From: a virus
Direction: 5' to 3' (one strand)
Virus record (IMG/VR): IMGVR_UViG_3300013233_000195
Span: 36,624 to 100,623 of that record
DNA: 64,000 bases
Under the pieces are notes generated by a model. The model was not told the DNA's origin and made no database searches. It was given only the letters and a program-made list of their open reading frames with translations. Both the position numbers and the translations under genes were made by a program. Below, one piece after another: positions 8,486 to 17,207 of the stretch (the first letter of the stretch is position 1; every line of letters starts with the position of its first letter).

Positions 8486-8858
8486 TGTTATTCTCCAAAT
8501 CGTGAAGGAACGAGTCAACAACGTTTGCGGCCTTTTCTTCCACACCATATCTTTGCAGATACTCGTGGAGAATATGGTTGATAGAATCATCATCATCCAT
8601 ATCCATAAGCATGAAGAGGCTGTTTTCCAAATCGTCCTTCAATTCCGATTCTTCCAATTCTCCATGCTTATACGCTTCCCCGAGAAGATCCGCAAGGAAA
8701 TGGAAAGAACTAACGATGAGAGTCCGAAAAGTCTTATCGTCAATTCCACTATCTAGGCCAGCCTCATGCCCATTGTGAAGAAAACTCACAAAAGGCATGA
8801 GAGAACTTGTCAATTGGAGCCACAATCTTAGTGACTCCAAAGAATGATCTTTGTTCAT
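8478..8858 (-). CDS. Hypothetical acidic protein
   Basis: SD GGAGG, coupled. Confidence 0.6.
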   Translation of the reverse strand: MNKDHSLESLRLWLQLTSSLMPFVSFLHNGHEAGLDSGIDDKTFRTLIVSSFHFLADLLGEAYKHGELEESELKDDLENSLFMLMDMDDDDSINHILHEYLQRYGVEEKAANVVDSFLHDLENNNG

Positions 8859-9011
8859 TCTAAGCCTCCTTCCTTTCCTCCTGGAGAGCCACAATGATAT
8901 TCTGAGTGATAAGATCACACTCCTTATCACTAAGGACATCCTCATACGAATACAGCAGACTTTGCAAATCGCCCATAAACTGGGCGATTCTGAGAGACAG
9001 ATCCTGTTCCA

Positions 9012-9215
9012 TTACATATCCTCCCTGCGGCCATAAAGGCCCAAAAGAGTAAGAATGAGACTATCCACAACGTATCTAACGTCAGTGTTATCATGCTTGG
9101 CACACAGGTCCAGAAGACTAAGCACAATTTGAACAAGTCTTCCAGTAACAGGTTCACTATCAATGCTAATAGGAAGAGTCAGAGTATAGACTTCAGTCTT
9201 GGTGCGAAGCTCCAT
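9012..9215 (-). CDS. Hypothetical protein
   Basis: SD AGGAGGT before MELRTK. Confidence 0.55.
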   Translation of the reverse strand: MELRTKTEVYTLTLPISIDSEPVTGRLVQIVLSLLDLCAKHDNTDVRYVVDSLILTLLGLYGRREDM

Positions 9216-9346
9216 ATCTAACCTCCTATGGAAAGAGAAAAGAGAAAAAGTAATATCTAATAGGCTTTGCAAGCCTACGCTCCAAGTATCGACCCGGACC
9301 CGGGGGCCGGTCAAGCTTGTAAAAACTTTTTTACAATCGGCCCGGC

Positions 9347-9361
9347 TGGCACGATTCTTGC
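9347..9361 (+). promoter_or_regulatory. sigma54 -24/-12 element
   Basis: TGGCACGATTCTTGC; back-to-back with a weak - strand TTGACC-N18-GATACT promoter (9285-9314). Confidence 0.7.
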
Positions 9362-9445
9362 GGGGCCGGCCAGATGGCCTACTGAACAAACGTATAGTAA
9401 AATTTGAAAATCCTTTTTATTGATTGATTTTTTCCCCTTCCGCTG

Positions 9446-9626
9446 TTTATCTTATAATCTCTTTTATATCGCCTAGCTTATCTTATGGGGGATTTCTTAT
9501 CGGGTGTCTTATCTCTAATGAGGCTTCATATCGGCTATCTTATTCTATCATGCTTGACTCTTATCTTATCGGGGCTCTTATAGTGGTTTATATCTTATAA
9601 TGGAATTCTTATCGGGTGTCTTATAA
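9446..9626. repeat. Non-coding tract with about a dozen CTTAT pentamers
   Basis: Includes two copies of TTCTTATCGGGTGTCTTAT. Confidence 0.75.
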
Positions 9627-9627
9627 T

Positions 9628-9662
9628 AAAAAAGGGGATAAGAGCTTTCGCTCTTATCCCCT
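9628..9662 (-). terminator. Intrinsic terminator
   Basis: AGGGGATAAGAGC-TTTC-GCTCTTATCCCCT with A-run. Confidence 0.85.
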
Positions 9663-9683
9663 GTGAGAGAAGAAAGGCTTATA

Positions 9684-10115
9684 TTAGGAAAGCCTCTCCG
9701 CAAGATTGTTGAGATCCTCAAGCATTCCCTTCCCTTGCGTATTCGCAAGAATGGTGTTCATTTCCTGAGCATCGAAGTTTCCTTCACTATCAGTGAAGAG
9801 AAACATCGTAAGAGCAGTAGCAAAGGAAAGCTGAACGTTGAGAGGATTTCCTTCTTCATCCGGAAGAGTCTTTTGAATGACAGGAAAACGCTGTACGTTT
9901 CCCCTACCCTTGCCAGGAAACTTGATAGTAAGCTGCAAGGAAGGAATCTCTTCTCCTGTTTCCGTATCAGGCTTGGAAACAAGCTGAGCGGAAAGATACT
10001 TATGGGGCGATGGGTATTCCTTATGGACAGTGATATTGCTCTGTGATTCTGCCTTATGATTCTCGGGGACTTCAGGAATGAATCCCAGCATTGTAATTCC
10101 TTTCATTGTGTTCAT
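9684..10115 (-). CDS. Hypothetical protein
   Basis: 143-aa ORF followed by a terminator. Confidence 0.65.
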   Translation of the reverse strand: MNTMKGITMLGFIPEVPENHKAESQSNITVHKEYPSPHKYLSAQLVSKPDTETGEEIPSLQLTIKFPGKGRGNVQRFPVIQKTLPDEEGNPLNVQLSFATALTMFLFTDSEGNFDAQEMNTILANTQGKGMLEDLNNLAERLS

Positions 10116-10282
10116 TGTGTTGTGCTATGACCCTAATAGCTTGTGAAACCGTTTTACCATGCTTCACAAGGTATAAGAACATTGGACGCTTCTGGAGAAT
10201 GCTTTGTTTCTCTTTCATATCTTCCTTATGAGAAGAAGGGAAGAGACTGTATTTCTATAGAATTCCTCCTATTTTGAATTGA

Positions 10283-10447
10283 TTAGATATTCCTTGGATG
10301 CTGGGCGATCCAGCGTATGAATTCCGGAAGATTCTTATTCTTTGTTTTCCTTTTTGTTCCCTTTCGGAAACACTTAGCGGATTTGTGCGATGCGTGGGTG
10401 TATTTCAGGTTTCTATCTCTTTTGGACTTTTGCTGTCTTCTTTTCAT
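10283..10447 (-). CDS. Small basic hypothetical protein
   Basis: SD AAGGA. Confidence 0.4.
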   Translation of the reverse strand: MKRRQQKSKRDRNLKYTHASHKSAKCFRKGTKRKTKNKNLPEFIRWIAQHPRNI

Positions 10448-10598
10448 GATGTTCCTTCTGTCGTTGGAAATGACTCGAACAAAGGAAAATCCTTTCACCA
10501 AACTTATAGATGTGGTGTGTTGCGATGTTATCACAGCGGGAACAGTAGTATGTTCCATTGATCTTTGTGACTGGAGCTTGCCTTGTGTTGTATCTCAT
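10413..10598 (-). CDS. Small Zn-finger protein
   Basis: CxxC...CxxH; SD GGAGG. Confidence 0.5.
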   Translation of the reverse strand: MRYNTRQAPVTKINGTYYCSRCDNIATHHIYKFGERIFLCSSHFQRQKEHHEKKTAKVQKR

Positions 10599-11035
10599 TT
10601 CTCCTCCGCAGTAAGTATAAGTCTGATTGCCGCATTCCAATCTATTGCGTTTGATTCACACATTTTTCGGACAACTGGATTGAGCTTGAGAAACCCCTCA
10701 ATAAAGTGATATTGATCCTTTGTCTTGGTAAAGACCTCATCCCTGCAAAAGTGAAGGTGCAGGAAACTTCCAAAGAAATGAATTGAAATGGTCTCAAACA
10801 GAGAACTGTTATCTTCTTTCTCAGAGGGAAAGCAGACATTCTTTTTCAACCCCTTTCTAAGGTCAATTCTAAGGCCCTCTTCCATACCCTTTTCTTTGGG
10901 AAGCCTTACAAAGACCGTCCACTCACAAGCAATTGTTGGAAAGAACCTACTCTTTCCACCGAGAAAACACTCACAATCATAGAAGTCCAGAAGATCCCTG
11001 ACCACATTTAGCACCCATGCACCGCTGATAAGCAT
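10595..11035 (-). CDS. Hypothetical protein
   Basis: Coupled ORF. Confidence 0.55.
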   Translation of the reverse strand: MLISGAWVLNVVRDLLDFYDCECFLGGKSRFFPTIACEWTVFVRLPKEKGMEEGLRIDLRKGLKKNVCFPSEKEDNSSLFETISIHFFGSFLHLHFCRDEVFTKTKDQYHFIEGFLKLNPVVRKMCESNAIDWNAAIRLILTAEEK

Positions 11036-11340
11036 TATTCTTCTCCCTTTCTTGTGTCCACTGATTCGACTTGAAGCAGAGTTGGTGGCACAACCCAAAT
11101 CCCTTTTGTTTTGTCTTCCCTTACTTTGACGTTCTTGACACAAACCTTTATAACTGTCCCATGATAAACTTCCCTTCTCTTGTGAAGCCAAGAGACTCTT
11201 GAACCGACATGAATGGTCTCTCTTACTTTCTGAAGAGCCCTATCCTGGAGCAATTGATTGATTACAATTCTCTCGGATGGCAAGAGATTCTTTCCATGTT
11301 GCAGAATAATGGAATAAACCTCTGTGAAAGCGGTACTCAT
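11035..11340 (-). CDS. Hypothetical protein, SH3-like beta C-terminus
   Basis: SD GGAGG; VGSRVSW...GTVIKV. Confidence 0.6.
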   Translation of the reverse strand: MSTAFTEVYSIILQHGKNLLPSERIVINQLLQDRALQKVRETIHVGSRVSWLHKRREVYHGTVIKVCVKNVKVREDKTKGIWVVPPTLLQVESVDTRKGEE

Positions 11341-11443
11341 TACTTTCCTCCCCTACTGTGAAGGTTTGAAAAGAAGTTACTCCAGCCTCTTATGAGGAGA
11401 AGTATGACAAAAATGTAGATGGCAATGCCAAAAAGGAAGCGCA

Positions 11444-11737
11444 TTATACTTCTGCCTCCCTTGTGTTTTCGATATACTCTCTTGCCTCCTCAAGAGAGTA
11501 GAAGCAGTGAGAACGTGGATTTGTGGAACGGGATGGAAGAACTTCCCAAGTATTTCCGAAACACTCTAGGAAAGTTACTCCATAGAGCTGCTTTTTGGAG
11601 ATAGGACCAATTCCCGTTGAAATTTCATAAATAAGACGATAGGAAGCCTGCCCATACTCCACGATGTTTGGAGTCATCCAGTTTGTTTTTGGAAGTACAT
11701 GATTGAAGATTGCGCGAATTTCGCTGTTTGTCATCAT
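11444..11737 (-). CDS. Hypothetical protein, paralogue of 12958..13272
   Basis: Shared MTPxxVEY, IYExSxGxGPI and LYGVTFL. Confidence 0.7.
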   Translation of the reverse strand: MMTNSEIRAIFNHVLPKTNWMTPNIVEYGQASYRLIYEISTGIGPISKKQLYGVTFLECFGNTWEVLPSRSTNPRSHCFYSLEEAREYIENTREAEV

Positions 11738-12045
11738 TTCTTGCCTCCAAAGGTAGCCTGAAATTCTTCCAAAAAGCACTCCAAGCACTCAATTGCATCA
11801 TCAATCTCTGGAATCCGCAATCTTGAGGAATACTGCTTTTCGAAAATTACTGGGAGACATAGGCTGTACCGATAAACAGCCTCATTTCCCAAAAGGATCA
11901 TTGGAGGAGTTAGAAAACTCTCAATCTCTGGAGAGTACCAAGACTGTCCATTCTCTGTTCTCTTACGGATGTTCCGCAAGAGAACAAGCATCATTTCTAC
12001 CCTAAAACCAATTACTGCTCCCATCTCTGCCTTGAAGCTAATCAT
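11734..12045 (-). CDS. Hypothetical protein
   Basis: Coupled, SD GGAGG. Confidence 0.55.
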   Translation of the reverse strand: MISFKAEMGAVIGFRVEMMLVLLRNIRKRTENGQSWYSPEIESFLTPPMILLGNEAVYRYSLCLPVIFEKQYSSRLRIPEIDDAIECLECFLEEFQATFGGKK

Positions 12046-12365
12046 TATTCACCTCCCTTGATTATTCCTAGACTCTTGAGAAGTTGAATGTTCTCTGCGG
12101 AGAGTTGAGACATAATATCAATCTTTTCTCCGCGCTTCCTTGCTCTTTTCATGGGAATAACTGTCTTTCGTTCTTCCCTCCAAACAGTCTTTCCACTCTT
12201 GAGATAATAGATTCTCTGGCAGGAACTACAATACTTTGTATCACTCCCCTTTCTTACGGTTAGGCGTGAATGACAGGAAGGACAAAAGGTTTCTTTTGGC
12301 CTATTGTCCTTCAATCTTTCTGCTCTGCATTCTGGACACATGCAATTCGGACAATACATTTTCAC
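12045..12365 (-). CDS. Zn-finger hypothetical protein
   Basis: Several CxxC motifs; first gene after the promoter at 12402. Confidence 0.65.
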   Translation of the reverse strand: MKMYCPNCMCPECRAERLKDNRPKETFCPSCHSRLTVRKGSDTKYCSSCQRIYYLKSGKTVWREERKTVIPMKRARKRGEKIDIMSQLSAENIQLLKSLGIIKGGE

Positions 12366-12401
12366 TCTCCTTTCTCTTGGGGACTTTCCCCTAGCGCTTG
12401 C

Positions 12402-12430
12402 ATTATACCATGGCGAGACGTGGCTGTCAA
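12402..12430 (-). promoter_or_regulatory. Consensus sigma70 promoter
   Basis: TTGACA-N17-TATAAT with TGn extension. Confidence 0.85.
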
Positions 12431-12450
12431 GCCCGAAATTCGCCGGGTTT

Positions 12451-12465
12451 TGGCACGATTCTTGC
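12451..12465 (+). promoter_or_regulatory. sigma54 -24/-12 element
   Basis: TGGCACGATTCTTGC. Confidence 0.75.
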
Positions 12466-12564
12466 GGGGCCGGACAACCGTCGGTTTTCGCCTTTTCTTC
12501 AAACTTTCGGGATAAATTGAAACAAATGTTTTCACTTTTTTATATTTCCGCCATTATTGAGTTA

Positions 12565-12777
12565 CTATTTTGAAGATGATTCCTCATCCTCTACTTCAAT
12601 AACTACAGTAAAGAGGCTGCAACTATCGAAAGCAGACATATGAGCATCACCTTGTATTTGTGAGATTGAAATGATCTTTCCCTGTAGTCGGAGTGCATTG
12701 AGCATATCCTCAATTAATTTAGCCCGATCTTCAAAACCAAATCCAATCGTAAACTCTTCTACTTTCAGCTTACTCAT
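12565..12777 (-). CDS. Hypothetical protein
   Basis: SD GGAGG, coupled. Confidence 0.55.
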   Translation of the reverse strand: MSKLKVEEFTIGFGFEDRAKLIEDMLNALRLQGKIISISQIQGDAHMSAFDSCSLFTVVIEVEDEESSSK

Positions 12778-12958
12778 TTTTCCCCTCCTTTTCCACCTTC
12801 CTAGCTAATCTCCTCCGCCTTGACATTTCATTAGCCTTATTTCGGCAAGTAAAGCAGTATTTTGTGGTTACTAAGGGTGATTGTCCACACTGAATACAAC
12901 GCTTTTCTTTCTTACGCTTCAATTGCCAACGTCTTTGCCGAGAAACTTGCTTATCCAT
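12770..12958 (-). CDS. Small basic Zn-finger protein
   Basis: CIQCG...CFTC. Confidence 0.65.
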   Translation of the reverse strand: MDKQVSRQRRWQLKRKKEKRCIQCGQSPLVTTKYCFTCRNKANEMSRRRRLARKVEKEGKNE

Positions 12959-13272
12959 TATTCCTCCTTAGCGCTAGTGTGATTATTCTTGACTTCCTCA
13001 AGGTATTCTTTGGCCTCCTTTAGTGTAAGGAAGACTTGATCTTTTGAGAGGTCTCTATCATCCCATTCTCCCAATTCCCCCAAATGCAAGAAAGTTACCC
13101 CATAAAGAGTCTTATGGGTGATTGGTCCTTCGCCATAAGACAATTCATAGATGGTATCTGGAGTCAATTGTGCGTATTCGACTACTCCCGGTGTCATTAT
13201 GTTTCTTTGTCCATTGAATACCTCTGAGAAGATTTCCTCTATCTCTTGGCTTGACAGAGTCTTTGATAACAT
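12958..13272 (-). CDS. Hypothetical protein, paralogue of 11444..11737
   Basis: Shared motifs. Confidence 0.7.
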   Translation of the reverse strand: MLSKTLSSQEIEEIFSEVFNGQRNIMTPGVVEYAQLTPDTIYELSYGEGPITHKTLYGVTFLHLGELGEWDDRDLSKDQVFLTLKEAKEYLEEVKNNHTSAKEE

Positions 13273-13273
13273 A

Positions 13274-13492
13274 TTATCTCTCCTCTGGAAGAGCACTAGT
13301 AAGGACTTTGATCTCTTCAACGGACATATGCTGTTCCATCGCCATTTTCAAAACACTGCAAGTCTCCTTATGTTTGTAACAGTTACCAGCAAAGTAACCG
13401 CCCATGAAAAGCAGAGTGAAAGCCAGAAAAGAGATCCAGCCCCAAAGATATAGCTTATTATCACTGAGCTGTGGGTTTACTGCTCTTCTCAT
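13274..13492 (-). CDS. Single-TM hypothetical protein
   Basis: SD AGGAGG; hydrophobic segment. Confidence 0.55.
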   Translation of the reverse strand: MRRAVNPQLSDNKLYLWGWISFLAFTLLFMGGYFAGNCYKHKETCSVLKMAMEQHMSVEEIKVLTSALPEER

Positions 13493-13505
13493 TATTATTC
13501 CTCCT

Positions 13506-14045
13506 TTACATGCCCAGGTCATAGATGACTGGCGCTCTAGTATTACAAGAGATTCCACAATTTGTCACAGAACCCCATGAGAAGAAGACATCGTTGATAC
13601 CGTACTTCTCAGTGAGGCCCTTGACCAATTCCTTATCTTCATCCTCAAGACAAGCGTCATGATCAAGGGGGATGTATTCGCAAATTACAACGGGTTCAAC
13701 GAATTGTCGAGTGAATGAGCAACGCTTTGAAGGCGAAAAAGCGTAGAAAGTGGGAAAGTATGGTCTATCCTCATTATCAATATCATGCCATGCAGACCAC
13801 TCATTCTCCCCTTGAACCCCTATCTTGATTACAAAGCCAAACTCTGGAAAAGATAGGACATCTCGACTAGCATTGATCTCTCTGTGGTCTTTGAACGAGT
13901 ATTCCTGCCCATCAATGAAGATTCGAGGAGTCCTATAATCTACTTCATCCATCAACTCCTTTGACGTGGAAGCAGTCAATTCTCCCAATTGAAGCCGTTG
14001 AATAATAATAACCCGATGTCCGAGAACTTCAAAGGACTGAATCAT
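13506..14045 (-). CDS. Putative minimal protein-kinase-like protein
   Basis: VIKI (beta3 Lys), ENE (alphaC), D...TNCG and VIYDLG (DFG-like) in kinase order. Confidence 0.45.
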   Translation of the reverse strand: MIQSFEVLGHRVIIIQRLQLGELTASTSKELMDEVDYRTPRIFIDGQEYSFKDHREINASRDVLSFPEFGFVIKIGVQGENEWSAWHDIDNEDRPYFPTFYAFSPSKRCSFTRQFVEPVVICEYIPLDHDACLEDEDKELVKGLTEKYGINDVFFSWGSVTNCGISCNTRAPVIYDLGM

Positions 14046-14503
14046 TATCTTCCTCCCTCCATTTCTTCCAACCAATCCAAGAAGGCTTCAAGATACTCGA
14101 TCTTCCTATCGTAGTCGGTATCTCTAGCAGTAGCGTACTCATCAAGAGCACCGTAGCAAACCTCAAAGCAATGATGGTAATTAGGAGGAGTATACTTATC
14201 GCACTTGTGAAAAACACAATCACTGCAATAATTCCGGGCAAGCTTACAGTATGGGCAGGTAGACATTAGAAGGGTCAGAATTTGGTCAATATAGACTTCC
14301 TCCCCCCCGTCGTTAGGATCAATCTCTTTATCTCGGAGACTTTCGAGAAGATCCACGAGAATGTTCAATTTCTCCATCGTAAGAGTAAAGGCAATTCTCG
14401 CTCCTTCAATAGAAGTAGAAGAATAGCCTTCTGCTACAAAGTCACTTAGTTTGTCCAAATACGTACTCCACCGTTCCACAATCTCCGCATAAGATTGAAT
14501 CAT
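14045..14503 (-). CDS. Cys-rich hypothetical protein (tandem paralogue 1)
   Basis: LTMEKLNIL and MSTCPYCKL shared with the next gene. Confidence 0.75.
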   Translation of the reverse strand: MIQSYAEIVERWSTYLDKLSDFVAEGYSSTSIEGARIAFTLTMEKLNILVDLLESLRDKEIDPNDGGEEVYIDQILTLLMSTCPYCKLARNYCSDCVFHKCDKYTPPNYHHCFEVCYGALDEYATARDTDYDRKIEYLEAFLDWLEEMEGGR

Positions 14504-14988
14504 TCCTCTTCTCCTTCCTTTCCAAAGTGTTCTTCAAACCAATCCATGAAGGCTTCAAGATACTTGATTTTCCCTTGGAAGAAGTCATCATCCTTCAGGT
14601 TAGTATACTTATCAAGGGCACGACGGGATACTCGCAAACAGGGAGGAGGAAAGCCAGGCTCGTTTTTATGAAACCTGGAGAAGAGACAATCTTCACAGTA
14701 GCTGCCTGAGAGTTTACAGTAGGGGCAAGTTGACATTGAAAGACAAAGGATATTCTCAATATCCTCCCAAAGCTCAAACCCATTCTCATCTAGGGAATGA
14801 GGATCAACCTTGTAATCCCTAAGATCCTTGAGAAGATCCATGAGAATGTTCAATTTTTCCATTGTCAAACCGTAGGCAATATGCGCTCCACGAGAAGAAT
14901 TAGGTGGATAACCTTCACCACCAAAACTCTTCAATTCTTCTAAGAAAAGAGTCCAACGTTCTTCAATTGCCTCAAAAGAATCCATCAT
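14500..14988 (-). CDS. Cys-rich hypothetical protein (tandem paralogue 2)
   Basis: As above; SD AGGAGG. Confidence 0.75.
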   Translation of the reverse strand: MMDSFEAIEERWTLFLEELKSFGGEGYPPNSSRGAHIAYGLTMEKLNILMDLLKDLRDYKVDPHSLDENGFELWEDIENILCLSMSTCPYCKLSGSYCEDCLFSRFHKNEPGFPPPCLRVSRRALDKYTNLKDDDFFQGKIKYLEAFMDWFEEHFGKEGEEE

Positions 14989-15042
14989 ATCCTCCTAGAT
15001 GGAAGTTTTGGAGTGCTTGGGGACTTTCCCCTAGCGCCTATA

Positions 15043-15071
15043 ATTATACCACGGCGGAGATCGGGTGTCAA
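15043..15071 (-). promoter_or_regulatory. Consensus sigma70 promoter
   Basis: TTGACA-N17-TATAAT, TGn. Confidence 0.85.
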
Positions 15072-15091
15072 GCCCGAATTTCGCCGGGTTT

Positions 15092-15106
15092 TGGCACGAT
15101 TCTTGC
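15092..15106 (+). promoter_or_regulatory. sigma54 -24/-12 element
   Basis: TGGCACGATTCTTGC. Confidence 0.75.
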
Positions 15107-15126
15107 GAGGAGCCACAAGCGGAGAC

Positions 15127-15168
15127 AAAAAAATAGCCTAAAGGATATGGAAATCCTTTAGGCTATTA
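15127..15168 (-). terminator. Intrinsic terminator
   Basis: AATAGCCTAAAGGAT/ATCCTTTAGGCTATT with A-run. Confidence 0.85.
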
Positions 15169-15231
15169 TAAAACGAATATGTCAACCCCTTGCTGTTATA
15201 TTTCAGCGAAAGTTTCGACAACTTTGTAATG

Positions 15232-15678
15232 TTACTCTTTCTTCTTTTTCTCCTTCTTATCAGGAGGCTTGATACTAGCAACACCAATGGGAAGAGTCTT
15301 CAGAAGGCCATCTTGAAGATAGCGCTTTAGAATGTCATTAAGATCCTGGATAATCTTACTAAAGTAGGCATACTGTGCATCTCTGGAGTCTATTCCAGAG
15401 ATAACACAGTGTAAGAAGGTAAGGAAACCAAGAGAAGCTGAGAGGGTTACGTTTGATTGTGCAATAAGACTCGTAATCCAAGGTTCTCGTAACTCGGGAT
15501 TAGGAGTATCGGGACTTGGAGTAGTAGTCTCAACAAAATGGATAATGGCTTTCACTGTTTGAAGACACTCTTCAAGTGATTCTAAACGAATCTCTTGCTT
15601 CTGTGTCTCCTCATCCCTTAGCAGACGCATTATCATTAGTCTCCTTCTGTTCTTCCTTCCACAGGTAGAAGATTGCAA
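15232..15678 (-). CDS. Hypothetical protein (true start probably ~15636)
   Basis: ORF; SD AAGGAG near the internal Met. Confidence 0.55.
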   Translation of the reverse strand: MQSSTCGRKNRRRLMIMRLLRDEETQKQEIRLESLEECLQTVKAIIHFVETTTPSPDTPNPELREPWITSLIAQSNVTLSASLGFLTFLHCVISGIDSRDAQYAYFSKIIQDLNDILKRYLQDGLLKTLPIGVASIKPPDKKEKKKKE

Positions 15679-15943
15679 GAGTTAGAGCCCAAAGAGAGCC
15701 CCAATCCTTATCCCCTACCAGAGTCCTAATATCGGAGACATTCGTACCTGTTTTACAATATCCTACGGAAGCGTATTCGTGAACCTCATCTCCAAATCTA
15801 GCTAGAACAGAAATGTTAGGACTCTCTGGGCCAGCATCGCAAAGGTAAAAGTCATGCAGTTTATTCTTTGGTGAAGCAGAACCAAGGAACCTGCAACAAC
15901 CACAATGATGTACGAAAGTAGGCTTCCCTTGAACTTGTAGCAT
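15611..15943 (-). CDS. Hypothetical protein
   Basis: HxCxxCRFLG...DFYLC...ARFG motif. Confidence 0.6.
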   Translation of the reverse strand: MLQVQGKPTFVHHCGCCRFLGSASPKNKLHDFYLCDAGPESPNISVLARFGDEVHEYASVGYCKTGTNVSDIRTLVGDKDWGSLWALTLAIFYLWKEEQKETNDNASAKG

Positions 15944-15981
15944 GTCAACCCCCTACTGTTATATTTCAGGGAAAAATTGAG

Positions 15982-16608
15982 TTATTGGTGGATGTCGCAA
16001 GCTATGATGAGAGCATCGGAATGCTTTTCAAGGTAGCTAAAGTATTCCTCGCTCCAACCTTCCTGTGTTAAGAATAGGTCTCTGGAATGCCAAGTTCCCT
16101 TAAGATCAAGAAAAGCATAAGGTACTTGGAACTCCTTCTCCCTTGGAGAAAAGGCTAGAAGCTCTTGGATACTGCAAGTATTCCCCTTGAAAGCCCGATA
16201 CTTCTCTTTGAGGACTTCCCGCTTATCCTGCGGGAACAGATCATAAATGATGTCTTGCCATCTACCTCCAAAACCCCACCACTCCCACTTTCCATTGGGA
16301 TTAGCTGTGGTAGTATGAACCCCAGTACCATCACAATCAGCGCAGTTAGGATCGGGAAAACCCTTTTTAGGATCGTTTGCTACCGTAGTATCAATGAAAT
16401 CCCTACGCTCAATTGGATCATCAATGCCGGCTTCATTGCATTGAACAATCGCTTCACGAGTAGCCTCCCAGCCAACACAATAACACTTCGTATCATGCGG
16501 GGAGGAGAGATTTGCCTCATCAAAGGGATGAAGCCGATTCTCTACTTCCTCTTCAATCTGTGGGATTTCGATGTCTGATGGCAGAATGACATGAAGATAG
16601 TAGTGCAT
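15982..16608 (-). CDS. Conserved-looking phage hypothetical protein
   Basis: CxxCxGTG and NPNGKWEWWxFGGRW motifs. Confidence 0.7.
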   Translation of the reverse strand: MHYYLHVILPSDIEIPQIEEEVENRLHPFDEANLSSPHDTKCYCVGWEATREAIVQCNEAGIDDPIERRDFIDTTVANDPKKGFPDPNCADCDGTGVHTTTANPNGKWEWWGFGGRWQDIIYDLFPQDKREVLKEKYRAFKGNTCSIQELLAFSPREKEFQVPYAFLDLKGTWHSRDLFLTQEGWSEEYFSYLEKHSDALIIACDIHQ

Positions 16609-16796
16609 TATGCTTCCCCCTTTCCGCAAAGATCACAGATTCCAGGATGTTGGCCCATATAGATACTACAGTATTCCTCGCCCTTTTTGTTCTTAGGCCA
16701 GGGCTCTTTCCATTCTTGAATCTCTCGTTCGCAGGCTTCACAAACTTGAATGGTGTCGCCTGATGGAGTCTGGTAAGTAATCACTGAGATTGTCAT
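16608..16796 (-). CDS. Small Zn-binding hypothetical protein
   Basis: CEAC...CDLC; coupled. Confidence 0.6.
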   Translation of the reverse strand: MTISVITYQTPSGDTIQVCEACEREIQEWKEPWPKNKKGEEYCSIYMGQHPGICDLCGKGEA

Positions 16797-17197
16797 TACT
16801 TGTGCCCCTTCTTACTGTTCTTCTTAGCGGAGTTTGCCCTCATGGGAGCAAGACAAACGACCTTGACAGAACCATTACGCTTTCTTTCCTTCCTGGACAG
16901 TTCCCCAAAACGTGACATAGCCTCGTCAATATCCTCCTCGTCCATTCCAGACACCATAGTAGCAAGATAAAGACGAAAGGCTTCCTGCCACTGAATGGGC
17001 CTATCAACACCAGGCTTCACAAACGTAGGAGAGAAGACTCCTTGGGGAAAACGCTGTGTTTCATCTACTTCCGCATCGAGAGCATAGTGCATGTTCAGGA
17101 TCTCATCCTGGAGTCTGCGATAACCCTTTGCAGCGTCATCTCTCTCAATCTTAGTATAAAAGAGATCCCTGAGCATCTTCTGCGTGATCTTCCGCAT
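16796..17197 (-). CDS. Hypothetical protein
   Basis: SD AGGAGAAGG before MRKITQ. Confidence 0.55.
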   Translation of the reverse strand: MRKITQKMLRDLFYTKIERDDAAKGYRRLQDEILNMHYALDAEVDETQRFPQGVFSPTFVKPGVDRPIQWQEAFRLYLATMVSGMDEEDIDEAMSRFGELSRKERKRNGSVKVVCLAPMRANSAKKNSKKGHK

Positions 17198-17207
17198 TTT
17201 CCTTCTC

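Noticed and set aside
10595-11035. Nucleotidyltransferase (GGxSR-like motif)
   Set aside because: The catalytic DxD is absent; evidence too weak
15165-15185. sigma70 promoter from TTGACA and TATAAT on -
   Set aside because: Spacing is only 9 bp, and the TATAAT overlaps the end of the terminator stem
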